A stretch of DNA of 64,000 nucleotides. Origin: Pavona decussata (taxonomy: Eukaryota). Below are positions 33,169 to 43,480 of the stretch, in pieces. The notes under the pieces are model-generated. The model was not told the DNA's origin. It ran no database searches and was given only the letters and a program-made list of their open reading frames with translations. A program made the translations under genes and the position numbers. Position 1 is the first letter of the stretch. Every line of letters starts with the position of its first letter. Location: contig CDRNST010000088.1 in assembly GCA_977016875.1 (NCBI GenBank), positions 434,001-498,000 of the forward strand, given 5' to 3'.

Positions 33169-34449
33169 CTTAGATCTTTAACTCTACGGACTTAAGAAGG
33201 AAAACAAGCACCATCAATCATAGTTCATAATCAGTACTTAAGAGAATAAAAAATTTTAAACTTTGAAGGACAAAAAATAACCATTTGTCCACGACACGGT
33301 CCCTTTTCTGAAAAGGGCCTTGGAGGTGAAATTCAATGGCTAGCTACAAAACATTGAGATGTGAAGGTTGAACCGAAGTATTCATAATTTTAGGATTTTG
33401 CACTTTAATTGTTCCTGATAACCTTCTTGATATCATTGATAAATCCTAATTATATGCAATCGTGCGATATCGATATGAGAGCTAACTTATTATTGGCCGG
33501 GTATGAATGGTAAAAAACAAATCATCTGTTTGGCTAGATCACAAAGATGCCGAATTAAAGAAGTTTGATAGAAACATATAAGGAAACTGTATATTAGTGG
33601 CTCGATTTCCACGAACCCTTTTGAGATAATGGATGCTCAAAGGTGTTTTTACAATAAGTTGTATAGCAGGAAACCCGTAGATTTGAATAATGAAGAGACT
33701 AAAACCTTTTTGGAAAATTTAAACATCCAGAGATTATCAGACTTATTAGGTGCTTCTTGTGAAGGAAAAATAACTTCACGGGAGTGTGAAGGTATTCTAA
33801 GCTCCCTTCAAACTGGGAAAACACCTGGCAATGATGTACAGTAGAATTTTATAATATATTCTGGCCTTTAATAGGTAAGTTGATGACTGATTCTTTTAAT
33901 GAAGCCTTTCTCAAAAAAGAAATGTCTTCTTCGCAAAAACAAGCTGTTGTTGCACTTAAAGACAAGAAAGGAAAAGATAGAAACTATTTAGAGAATTGGA
34001 GGCCAATTTCGTTAATTAATATAGATGCAAAAATTGCCTCCAGGATAATTGCGATCAGAATTGTTGAGGTCCTTCCAGAAATCATTCACGCCAATCAATT
34101 GGGTTATGTGAAAGGAAGATTTATTGGTGAAGCTGCGAGATCAATCTTAGATGTTATGGACTACACTAAAAAAGAAAACTTAGGTGGCATATTACTTTTA
34201 ATTGATTTTGAAAAGGCCTTTGATAGCTTAAACTGAAATTTCTTGTTAAGATGTTTAGATGCTTTTGGTTTCGGACCAAGCCTTATTAGATGGGTAGAGA
34301 CATTTTATGCTAAGATATCAAGTTATGTGTTGAATAACTGGTTTTGCACGCCTTATTTTGAATTACAAAGAGGGGTAAGACAAGGGGACCCGCTGTCGCC
34401 ATATTTATTTATTATCGCAGCTGAGATCCTAGCAACTGCTATTCGCAAT

Positions 34450-34625
34450 AGCCCACTTTGAAAATGAGTTATGGCCTGGGTCGAGAGTAACTGCCCAAGT
34501 GATTGTGGGATTGTTTGGGGGGACGCAAAAATGCGAAGATAATAGCCAACGTCCCCCCAAACCTTCCCACAATCGCTTGGGCAGCTACTCTCGACCCAGG
34601 CCATCACTCTTTTTCAAAGTGGGCT
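34450..34625. mobile_element. Palindromic MITE inserted in the LINE RT, AT target duplication
   Basis: ~60-bp TIR agcccactttgaaaa.../...ttttcaaagtgggct; removing it plus one AT restores ORF2 IRNRSDIQGIKI. Confidence 0.92.
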
Positions 34626-36443
34626 ATAGATCCGATATTCAAGGTATAAAAATAGGCCAAGATGAGTTTAAATTAGTTAATATGCCGATAATCTCACTGT
34701 ATTTGTGCCTAATATAGAGTCTGCTAAGCGCGTTTCTGAACTGTTTGATTTTTTCGAAACCTGTTCTGGTCTAAGGGTCAACTTTTCCAAAACTGAGGCT
34801 ATGTGGATTGGTTCGTGCCGATAAAACACGGAGACACCTCTTGGCTTGAAATGGTGTAACAGCGTCAAAGCCCTTGGGATTGTTTTTACGTACAATGAGG
34901 CCAGATTTGATGTAAAAAAATGTTTATGATAAATTGAAAGATATTCGACTCCAAACAAGGTTATGGAGTTGCCGTGGTCTCTCATTGTATGGTAACTGAA
35001 ATTACCATTATTAAATCACTTTTGCTTCCAAAAATGTTGTATGTATTTTCAATTCTGCCAACCTCTGGAGATTTTATCGAACAACTTAATACTATAATCT
35101 ATAACTTTCTTTGGAAAGGGCCAGATAAAATAGCCCGACAAGCTGCAAAAAATGATTTGGAATTTGGTGGTTTTAATGTAACAGATATTGAAACCTTAAT
35201 CAAAGCTTCTAGACTGGCCTGGATTGGTAAACTATTTTCTAATGTTTCATTGCCTTGGAAAGCTTACTTTAATTACTTACTTACGGATTTTGGTGGTGAA
35301 TGGTTATTTAGATGCAACTATGATGTCGAAGAGTGTAAAATTTATTCGAAATTTTTATAATGAGTTTCTTCAGGGGTGGGCAGACTTTAGAGAGTCCTTT
35401 TCAACAAAGCCTCCTATGTCTAAATACATAATCTGGAACAATATAGACATTAAGCTAAATAATAAATCAATTTACTACCCTAATTATGCTAAAGCTGGAA
35501 TATTATTCTGCCACCATTTGCAATTTGATAAAGATAACATTCAATCTTACAACAGTGTAAGGGGTTTTGGAGTAAAAAATACCAACTTTTTAGTGTGGAC
35601 AGGGGTAAGAAGTGCGATACCTTCCAACCTGAAAACAGAATTCCCAAATGAAAATAAATTAGGACTGTTAGAATTTTTCTGTGGAGAAAAACATTTAATC
35701 CTCTTACTGGCAAGAGTAAGCAGTTTTATCGCTTGTTAGTGTCTGTGAAAGTTAAACCTTCCAGGGGCTTTATAAAACTGAAAGAGGATTTCAATCTGAT
35801 GGACGATTCAGCTGCTGCTAATGCTTTTCGTAACATTAAATCGTATTTATCTGGAACTTTTATTAGAAGTTTTCAGTTTAAATTATTAGCCGATATTACT
35901 TTTACTAATCATCGCCTTACTAAAATAGGTTATGTCCCGAATGATCTGTGTACCTTTTGTGACGAAGGACCAGAAACGGTACATCACCTATTCTATGAAT
36001 GTTCTTTCTCCTATCGTTTTTGGAAACAGTTTGAAAATTTCTGGTTTATGCTCTCAGGAAAGTATGTAGAATTCACCTTGACAGATGTTTTTGTCGGTAG
36101 ACAAGTTGGAGAATCTGACCAGTTACTAAACTATCTATTTTTTCTTGCTAAACTTCATATTTGGAATTGTCGTAAACGTAGAGTACCCCCAAATTTGGAA
36201 ATTTTTAAAGCAATGCTGGATGTGAAATACAGAACGGAAATTTATCTTGCCTCTAAGAATAACAAGGTAAAACAATTGCAGGCTAAATGGCAATTTTATG
36301 TCAATGTTAGAGATATTAGGTATAATTAATTAATTAATTAGTTTTGAGTAATGGAGGTGGTATTGGTGACCTGTTATTAATTGCAATGTACTTATCGCTA
36401 TAAATGGAAATAAAATGTGGAAAAAAACTTACTTTATTCTAAA

Positions 36444-36483
36444 CAACTGACGATCGATGAGGTTTCATCCAAAACATGTCTTG
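36444..36483 (+). ncRNA. Degenerate minimal type-I hammerhead-like motif (Penelope-type)
   Basis: caa-CTGACGA-t-c-gatga-ggtt-tcatc-c-AAAAC-at-GTC-ttg; GAAA box mutated to AAAA. Confidence 0.45.
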
Positions 36484-37817
36484 CCGTTTAAATCATCAAA
36501 ATACAATTGTTCTCCTAACCAGTTCAAACGCACTGCTACACTACACCATAATAAGGAAGCAATTCGTTGTTCTTGAATAGTTAAACTTTTAGATTTTTAT
36601 GGAGGCCTCATATTTTAGTGCCTTGTTTAAACTTCTTGAGAAACATTCACATTTTGGGGATTATAGATTAATTGCAAAATTTGCTGTCTCTTTTCTCTTT
36701 TTTGTAAGGTTGTTATTTTGTAGTCAATAAAGAATTATTTTAAAGAAAAAAAAGAAGAAGATTGACAGAGTTTTGTTTTCAGGGAAACTCTATGGTTTAG
36801 AGGCGGTAGAAAACGTGGTAGCGAGACCAAACGTTTCAAGAGACTTCAATCTGCCGTGAATGCCATAAAAAGGAGACTCGTTTGAATAATAAACGAAAAT
36901 GAATTAAACTGATCTCACTGGTTCAGTGTTAAGGCTAATGTTCGCGCACCAATTAATCGGATCGGGATGATTTGGCCCAATTTAATGAAGAAAATGACAG
37001 AGCGGTCGACAATCTGTCCGATACTGTGGCAGTGCTACAGATTTTTTCCATCACGCCGATTTTTATCCCACGCTATCAGGCCAGAAGAAATTCGCGCCGT
37101 TGTCACCAGAAGAAGATGGAGATGGATTGGATGTACCAACAGAAAAGCAAATTGGCCGACAAATTGTAAAGTGTAAGTTGGCCCATGTGATTGAACCTAC
37201 AGTTTGTCGATGGATCATCATCACGTGTAAATTGGCCTTGAGGCCACATTCTTGTCGACAGTCAAGAGTCATAAATTTCCAGTCTATATAGCTCACTTTG
37301 CCGAATTAATTGTTCTTTAAATAACAGAAATTAAAAAAAGGTCTCCAAACAAAATTGTACCAGTTCCAGTAAGTCTTTGAAACAAGCACCATTCACTTGG
37401 CCAGACACGTCACTGGAACCCGAAAAACCAGGCCGCCATTTTCGATATGAAGGTTACATTTCAGCTCACCACTGATTTTTCTGAGGAAAAAATACCCTTT
37501 GTCTTTTTGGCCACACAAGGAGTCATATTATCTTGTACACGGGATGCAGACTCTAGTACCCTTAAATTGGGTTAAACTTCACAAAATGTTTAAAAAAATT
37601 AATTGAAATGTTTTAACGCTCGATAACAATGAACCCTGCAGGTTGTTAAGTGAAATACAGGATACTAGTTTTGTTTACAGAACCAGCAAAAAAGGATATG
37701 ATTTGATCATAACAACCCTCGGACGAAGAATGCAGTTATGATTGGAAATGATGAGAAAACCTTCGAGTCAATCAGTTAAAGTTCCTTTTAGAGAGGACAA
37801 AATTACTGTTGGCTTAC

Positions 37818-37900
37818 CTGTATTCTTCATAAAAAAAAGCGTCGCTGGGATATAAGAAAAGAACTAAGTGCCAGACTAAAAAAACTCCAGTAATAACGTT
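37818..37900 (-). other. Predicted non-coding first exon of gene A (copy-2 equivalent ends at 44506)
   Basis: Minus-strand donor aatacag|gtaagc, same motif as gene B; pyrimidine-rich acceptor just upstream of ATG 33168; exon start is a guess. Confidence 0.45.
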
Positions 37901-39139
37901 AACAGCGGAATATCTCCTGAAATGCAAAACATGATTTTGGTTATTGTTGTTTTGTTATACCATGAAAAATTACGTAGGCTATTCTGTATTACGATCTGAT
38001 AGGTTGAACTTTATCCCCCCTCTTGCTCTTTTCAATTTAGGGTGTTTCTGATTTTAATACTTGGAAAAAAACAAGCAATGCAGCCAGTCATGTACTCCTG
38101 TCTTTTATGGACTTTCAGCTTTAAAAGCGCTCTCAGTGTGGTTTTCCACACTTCATCCTCAACCTTGTCAACTCATTTTGCTATTTGGCGTTGTTGCATT
38201 ACCGTATGCAGTCAAATTTGGCGAGAACACGACGCTTGAATGTGAATAGAAATCAAGGTGTAGATTAAGATAGTAATTAAATTTGCCTATTACATAACAA
38301 AGATAATTTTCATGCTGCTCACTCTGTTTTCCGAGAGACAAGAGAAAAAAACATAGGTCTTGTACATGTCCGTGCGAGAACGGAATGAAAAACGATATTA
38401 TACTGCAATATAAAACACGATTTTGGCATTTTTGTTGTTTTCAGATGTTTTTCGTACATTGCGCAACTTGTTTTACGAACTACCACCTAAAGAAAGAAAG
38501 AATAAACTTCAATGACGTCATTCGCGCGTTCCTTTTAGGTTTCCTAATCTCCCTGCTTGAAAAACATAGGTGAGGACTCGTTCCCAGGGGCTCTCTTTTT
38601 TGCGCTTTCTCTAACTTTAAAAGAGAGGGGACAAGTTTCGAGTGACTTTGAGTTAACATGCGTGCGCATGTCCCAAATCATTTGGGGTGACATTAATCTA
38701 TAGAAAAACCATTCTTTAGCAAATGAGGACACTAATATCTTGAAAGATTTGTTTCTTTGACGGTATAGTATGCAAAGGAGAAGTCGCACTTCGATCGTAT
38801 CCTAAGTGGATGTAGCATGAAGCAACTAAGAGTATTGCTACTCCTCCAACTATGTTCCACTAGCATTCATTTGTACAGCAGGGTGACAAAACAATTGGGA
38901 TTAAATACTAGAAGAAAGGCTCTCACAATTATTTACGCAACTTATGAGCAGCTGCGAAAAGAACGCCTAAAAAGAATTCGGGCTTGAACGTGATTCGAAG
39001 CCATGACCTCTTCAAGGCCTGTGCAATGCTTAAGTTGCGTAAATATAACTGAGAGGGTCTTTCTTTTATTTAACCTTTCACCTGAAGTTCAAATATAAAC
39101 TTCATAGATTCATATTGAATACAACTGGGACTTGTCTAA

Positions 39140-39462
39140 GCCCTGGCAACAAAAGCCGGTAAAAAGTCTGACACGCATGGTCAAAACTGGTTCAACCAGG
39201 CTTACCGGGCTTTTAAAAAGAAATCAAGTCAGGTTAAGAGTCTGGTAAGCCTGGTCCTAAAAGCTTAGTAAAGCTGGTTTTGGCACACAAACTAGAACCA
39301 AATAGCCAAGTGACCTTGGTTTTACCAGACTTTCAGGGTGTATGGTTAAAAGCCGTACCTGAAAAGCCGGGTTAGGCTGGTTTTCCCAGACTTTCAGGGT
39401 AAGTGTGGTTGGCAAATATTACCTGAAGAAGCTAAGTTTAGTATGGTTTTCTCAGCTAAAGG
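39140..39462. repeat. Repeat with (aagc)ctggtaaa/ctggtttt sub-repeats (copy at 45877-46202)
   Basis: Many ctggta/ctggtt/accag motifs between ccct.. and ..aggg ends. Confidence 0.5.
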
Positions 39463-39859
39463 GTCCGTACTGAGGGGAAACAGCAGAGCAATGAAGAGGC
39501 CAACCTATCTTCGAACGACTGACCCTCGGATCTACCGAGTGAATTCCCAACGCGCTAAAAAACCGTACAACCGCGCCTGTACCCTTAACTGTACACCAAC
39601 ACAGTATATTTTCAAAAGGTATCATTTTTCAGAAAGAAAGAGTTAAAACTTGTCTCTAACTGGAATAAATACAAACACTCGCTGTGTTATTTATTAGATC
39701 CGTCTAACTGACTGGGTCTCAGTAGCTTATTTAGTTATAGTGCCATTATTTTTCACAGTCCATGTAAATTAGGAACCAAGCAAAAGAAAGTAAGAAGCTA
39801 TTGCGTCACAGCTATGAAAAAATAGTATTGACTTGATGAACATGCCTGACATATTTGCA

Positions 39860-39933
39860 TAAGCTTTTGTGCAGTTTCGTTCGTTTTGTTTGCACTTTCT
39901 GGACGCCGAAAATTTCTTATTCTGAAAATACAG
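39860..39933 (+). other. Predicted non-coding first exon of gene B (copy-2 equivalent ends at 46669)
   Basis: Strong donor aatacag|gtaaga, conserved in both copies; acceptor at 42074/48693 lies 11 nt before the ATG; exon start is a guess. Confidence 0.5.
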
Positions 39934-40820
39934 GTAAGATTTACACCTAACATTGTATGTCGATATTGGTGCAAGAAAGATATTTAAGTACGCAAAGGGA
40001 TTTCACTGATAAGTTCAGAAGTTTTATATCACGAAACTGAAACGAGAAATTACAGAACAGTGACGGACATTTCTCCAAAGTCGCTATAGTTTAGTGGGAC
40101 TGATATCGTTCTTTTTGATCGGCGGTTACCTACGGTATTGAGTATTGATTTATTGGTGAATGATTTTTATATGACATTTGTCCTATGTTTTCTATCAAAT
40201 GATAAAGATTTTAGAATTGGTATGGGTCATTCTGCGTGGTATTGACCTCAGGCTCAACTGTAATAACAGCTTTGACTTAAGAGCGACTCTCCATAATAAC
40301 CTCACTATTTTTATCCTAAAAAATAGAATTCGATGATAACTCTTCCGTCAACTTCTCCGGGCAAAAGAGTGTTCGATCCAACGGGGAAAATTGCCGGGAA
40401 AAGTGGCCTCAGCCAATAAACGAACTGGTCAACGGCTAAAGAAAATAAAAACATTGTGGACATGACAGTGAATTTGTTTCAATGTTATGTTGTGTACTTA
40501 TCTCTTTACTTGATAGCTTCAATGAAACTCTTCCGGCGTTTTTATGACGATCAAATTGGTAAGAAATGTTTAATCTTGCTTCGTAAAGAAATTTCAAATT
40601 GGTAGTTATCTCATTTCTTGGTTTGTTGCTATCATTCGTTGATGACATGTTCGATGGAAATATGGCCGTGTTAATCAAATGTCACAAGTCTCACCTCTCA
40701 CTTGTGGAGCAGAAACTGGATTGCGGCCAAATGTTTTAACTGATACGTAAAAGAGCCTTTGACTACGAGCCACTTTTGCGATTTATTCCTTTGAACTTGG
40801 GCTAAATCGCATGTTGCGAT

Positions 40821-40990
40821 ACATACATACATACTTTATTTGATTTCGCAGGTGAAAAAGACTGGCAGCCGTTGGCTGATGTGGACCTGCGTTACTAATT
40901 TACAATAATTACAACTAATAAAAGAGAAAAAAATATTATATATAAAAGACCAAATATGTACAATGTACGAGCCAGTAAAGAGAAAGAAGG
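40821..40990 (-). mobile_element. LINE 3'-tail insertion with (TATG)n end, present only in duplication copy 1
   Basis: Minus strand ...cgcaggt-stem-acctgcg aaatcaaataaa gtatgtatgtatgt; absent at 47590. Confidence 0.6.
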
Positions 40991-42085
40991 TAAACTTTGT
41001 GCCCCCAGATCTATTTCAACAACAACAGCAACCTTTATTTTCCTCATGATTAATTGGAAAGATTGTTATAATTACATTCTTGTATAGTAAAATTTAGTTT
41101 AATTTATTTTGAATAATTTTTGAAGTAGCGATTGAGGATGGAGGCCAAGTTAACCATCCGATTTTCTAGTTGGCCCCTATATTACGGAGTAATGTTTAGC
41201 CGATTAATGACAGGTGAGGAACCAAAAATGAAGAGATTTAAAATAAAAAGAATTTAGGGAATAAGTTACAATAACTAAAAAACTAGTAATTGTAGCTTAT
41301 GATTGCAATTCATCATATTATGAACGTTATTAAGCATGAAGGGGCATCGTTTATAACTAGCGAATTTGGAGCTGCAAGTCTTGCAATATTCACGACCTCG
41401 CCACTTGGTTTGGAGCACAGCCTGGGATTCGAAAAGTTCGAGCGATGAGTTTCTTGGGCAGAGCGAGTTTCATCTCAATGCAGGGTCATCAGTTTCTAAT
41501 GTACTTTTCGCAATAAAATATGCGTGTAAACAGGTTATCCCTTATTTCATTCTCCAATACAGTAGATGGGCAAAGTAAGCACATTACATTTTATTTCTCC
41601 CCTTCCCTCAACCTTAAACAAGACAATCATTCTTATTGTGAGCTCTATTTATATAAATAGTTAGAAATTTCAGTTTTTGCATTCATCGCCCAGAATGCTG
41701 CGACAAATCCGAGACTTTTTTTGCGCTGACCGCGGGAAAATTGAAACTAATCAGACCAGAACGTACTAGACAGACAGTAGAGAAACTGATCCAAAAGTGG
41801 TCAACAGCACATACGTTTTGCGATTTTACGGCGACCTACTTTTGTTTCTCAGCAGTTAGCATATGGCTTTTGTAGAAGAGATTTGGATGAAAAAAACTAC
41901 ATCATTTTTGAGCTTTCACCACTAGTAGAATGGTCGCAATTTTTTTCTAGTACTTTGTTACTTCAGAGCGTTTTTGTATGGGAGAATATTTGAAGGCTGA
42001 AGTTTTGGCCCGCGTATTGTTCCACTACTAAAGACCTTAGCTTATAATTTCTACTTATCATTGCTCTTCTCTAGGATTCGGGATA

Positions 42086-43480
42086 ATGAATGCTACAAAG
42101 ATGAATGCCATCAACTCAACATCAGCCAACCAGCCCGAATCATCCGCAGACGACGACTTCATTGATGGAAAAGATCTTTCTTCAGTCGTCAGAGTCTTAA
42201 ATGGAATAATGATCACTCTCATGTTCACGATTGGTTTAAGCGCAAACCTCCTTGTGTTATATGTGCTTAGGAGAAGAGGAATTTTACTGAAAAACACATC
42301 AGTGATATTAGCCAATATATTGATAACGGATTTGTTCTGCGTTCTGGTCGTCCTACCTCACGATTTCACATACTTCGTTCTTGATCTCACCTTAACTCAG
42401 TCGAATATTGTGTTGAAAATATTTTTTGCTTTCAAAAATATCCTGATATTCTTAAACTGTGGCTTCACCATTGCCCTGACCATAGAACGGACTAAAACAA
42501 CTACGTACCTTGGCAAAAGGAGGGGGGACCGCTTATCACAATCATTGAAGTTCTGCTTGGCTACCATTTGGTTTTTAGGTTTAGGAGAAGGAGTCATTAC
42601 ATATCAAACTGTCAATGAAAGCAACACATTACCATGTAAATTTTCAAGTCCATCAGCTCGCAGCAGCGCTCGTTCCCTATCAGCCGGCAGCATTATAATA
42701 ATGGTTATTGTTCTAGCAGCAAGCGTTGTAACCTTGGTGTCTGTTTATCACATACGAAGTTTTCTTCTTCGTTTGAATGCAGATTCCAAACAGCCATTCC
42801 GAGGATTTCCTAGGAGAAAGAGATTGCATAAGCGGATTACTGTGGCGTGGTTTGCTTCGCTAGCAACGATTGTTGTTTCTTACGTACCAGCAATAACTGC
42901 CATTTTAATATGGTACAGTCTCGGAAAACAGAACAGGAATGGAAACTCAGTTGTACAAATGCTGTGTTCAGTGTCCCACACCATAAATCCTGTTATGGCT
43001 ATTGCGATAAGCTGCAGAATGCGGAGGAGTTTTGTGAGGGTCCTCAGAGGGGTTGAGCCATTTAAAAGTATACTCATGAAGTTCCCGTCCTTGTACAGCA
43101 GCCGTACCAGCTTAAGTGGGGAAAACGTATTTTTAAGGAACGGAACTGCAAGTAGAGGGTCTAGCCTTAGGCTGCCCAACATGCTACTTGAAAATAAATT
43201 TGAAAATGATCAGTGCAAGTTGGAAGAAGAGATAGCCAATGACGACATAGTCTTTTGTCGGGAGATTGTCATCCATGCCGTTTGTGAGAATCGTGGAAAC
43301 GGATCCAGTGACGAGCACTCGACAGAAGTAGAGAAAAAGTTACTGACCAGAAAACGCTCTTCGTCCTTAGGTTGTCGACTGACTGTACCTCAGGAGAATG
43401 CGAATTTCCATGGAAAACTCAACTTCTTCAATCGGTCAGATTCAAAGATTTACAAACCGTTAGAACCATGTGATGGTTGA
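42086..43480 (+). CDS. Orphan class A 7TM receptor, paralogue B (intact, 464 aa)
   Basis: N-glycosylation sequons (NAT, NST), seven TM segments, N1.50/D2.50/ER/YVP/INP, long C-tail with RKRSSSLG; acceptor ctag| at 42074 just before the ATG. Confidence 0.88.
   Translation: MNATKMNAINSTSANQPESSADDDFIDGKDLSSVVRVLNGIMITLMFTIGLSANLLVLYVLRRRGILLKNTSVILANILITDLFCVLVVLPHDFTYFVLDLTLTQSNIVLKIFFAFKNILIFLNCGFTIALTIERTKTTTYLGKRRGDRLSQSLKFCLATIWFLGLGEGVITYQTVNESNTLPCKFSSPSARSSARSLSAGSIIIMVIVLAASVVTLVSVYHIRSFLLRLNADSKQPFRGFPRRKRLHKRITVAWFASLATIVVSYVPAITAILIWYSLGKQNRNGNSVVQMLCSVSHTINPVMAIAISCRMRRSFVRVLRGVEPFKSILMKFPSLYSSRTSLSGENVFLRNGTASRGSSLRLPNMLLENKFENDQCKLEEEIANDDIVFCREIVIHAVCENRGNGSSDEHSTEVEKKLLTRKRSSSLGCRLTVPQENANFHGKLNFFNRSDSKIYKPLEPCDG

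Larger units (their letters stand above)
33573..36754 (+). mobile_element. 5'-truncated, decayed Tx1/L1-clade non-LTR retrotransposon (ORF2: RT + C-terminal zinc knuckle)
   Basis: NWRPISLINIDAKI, LLIDFEKAFDSL, RGVRQGDPLSPYLF, YADN at 34681, CTFC..ETVHHLFYEC. Multiple stops/frameshifts. AATAAA and A-rich tail ~36726-36754. Diverged TSD aagaagtttgataga (33558) / aagaagattgacaga (36755). Confidence 0.93.

Noticed and set aside
33548-37309. 11-bp direct repeat tgccgaattaa as LINE TSD implying 3' transduction
   Set aside because: No A-tail at 37298; a better-placed diverged TSD abuts both the ORF2 truncation and the A-tail
40436-40678. Duplicated 80-aa ORF (also 47172..47414)
   Set aside because: TTG start, no recognisable domain; conservation explained by the near-identical duplication tract
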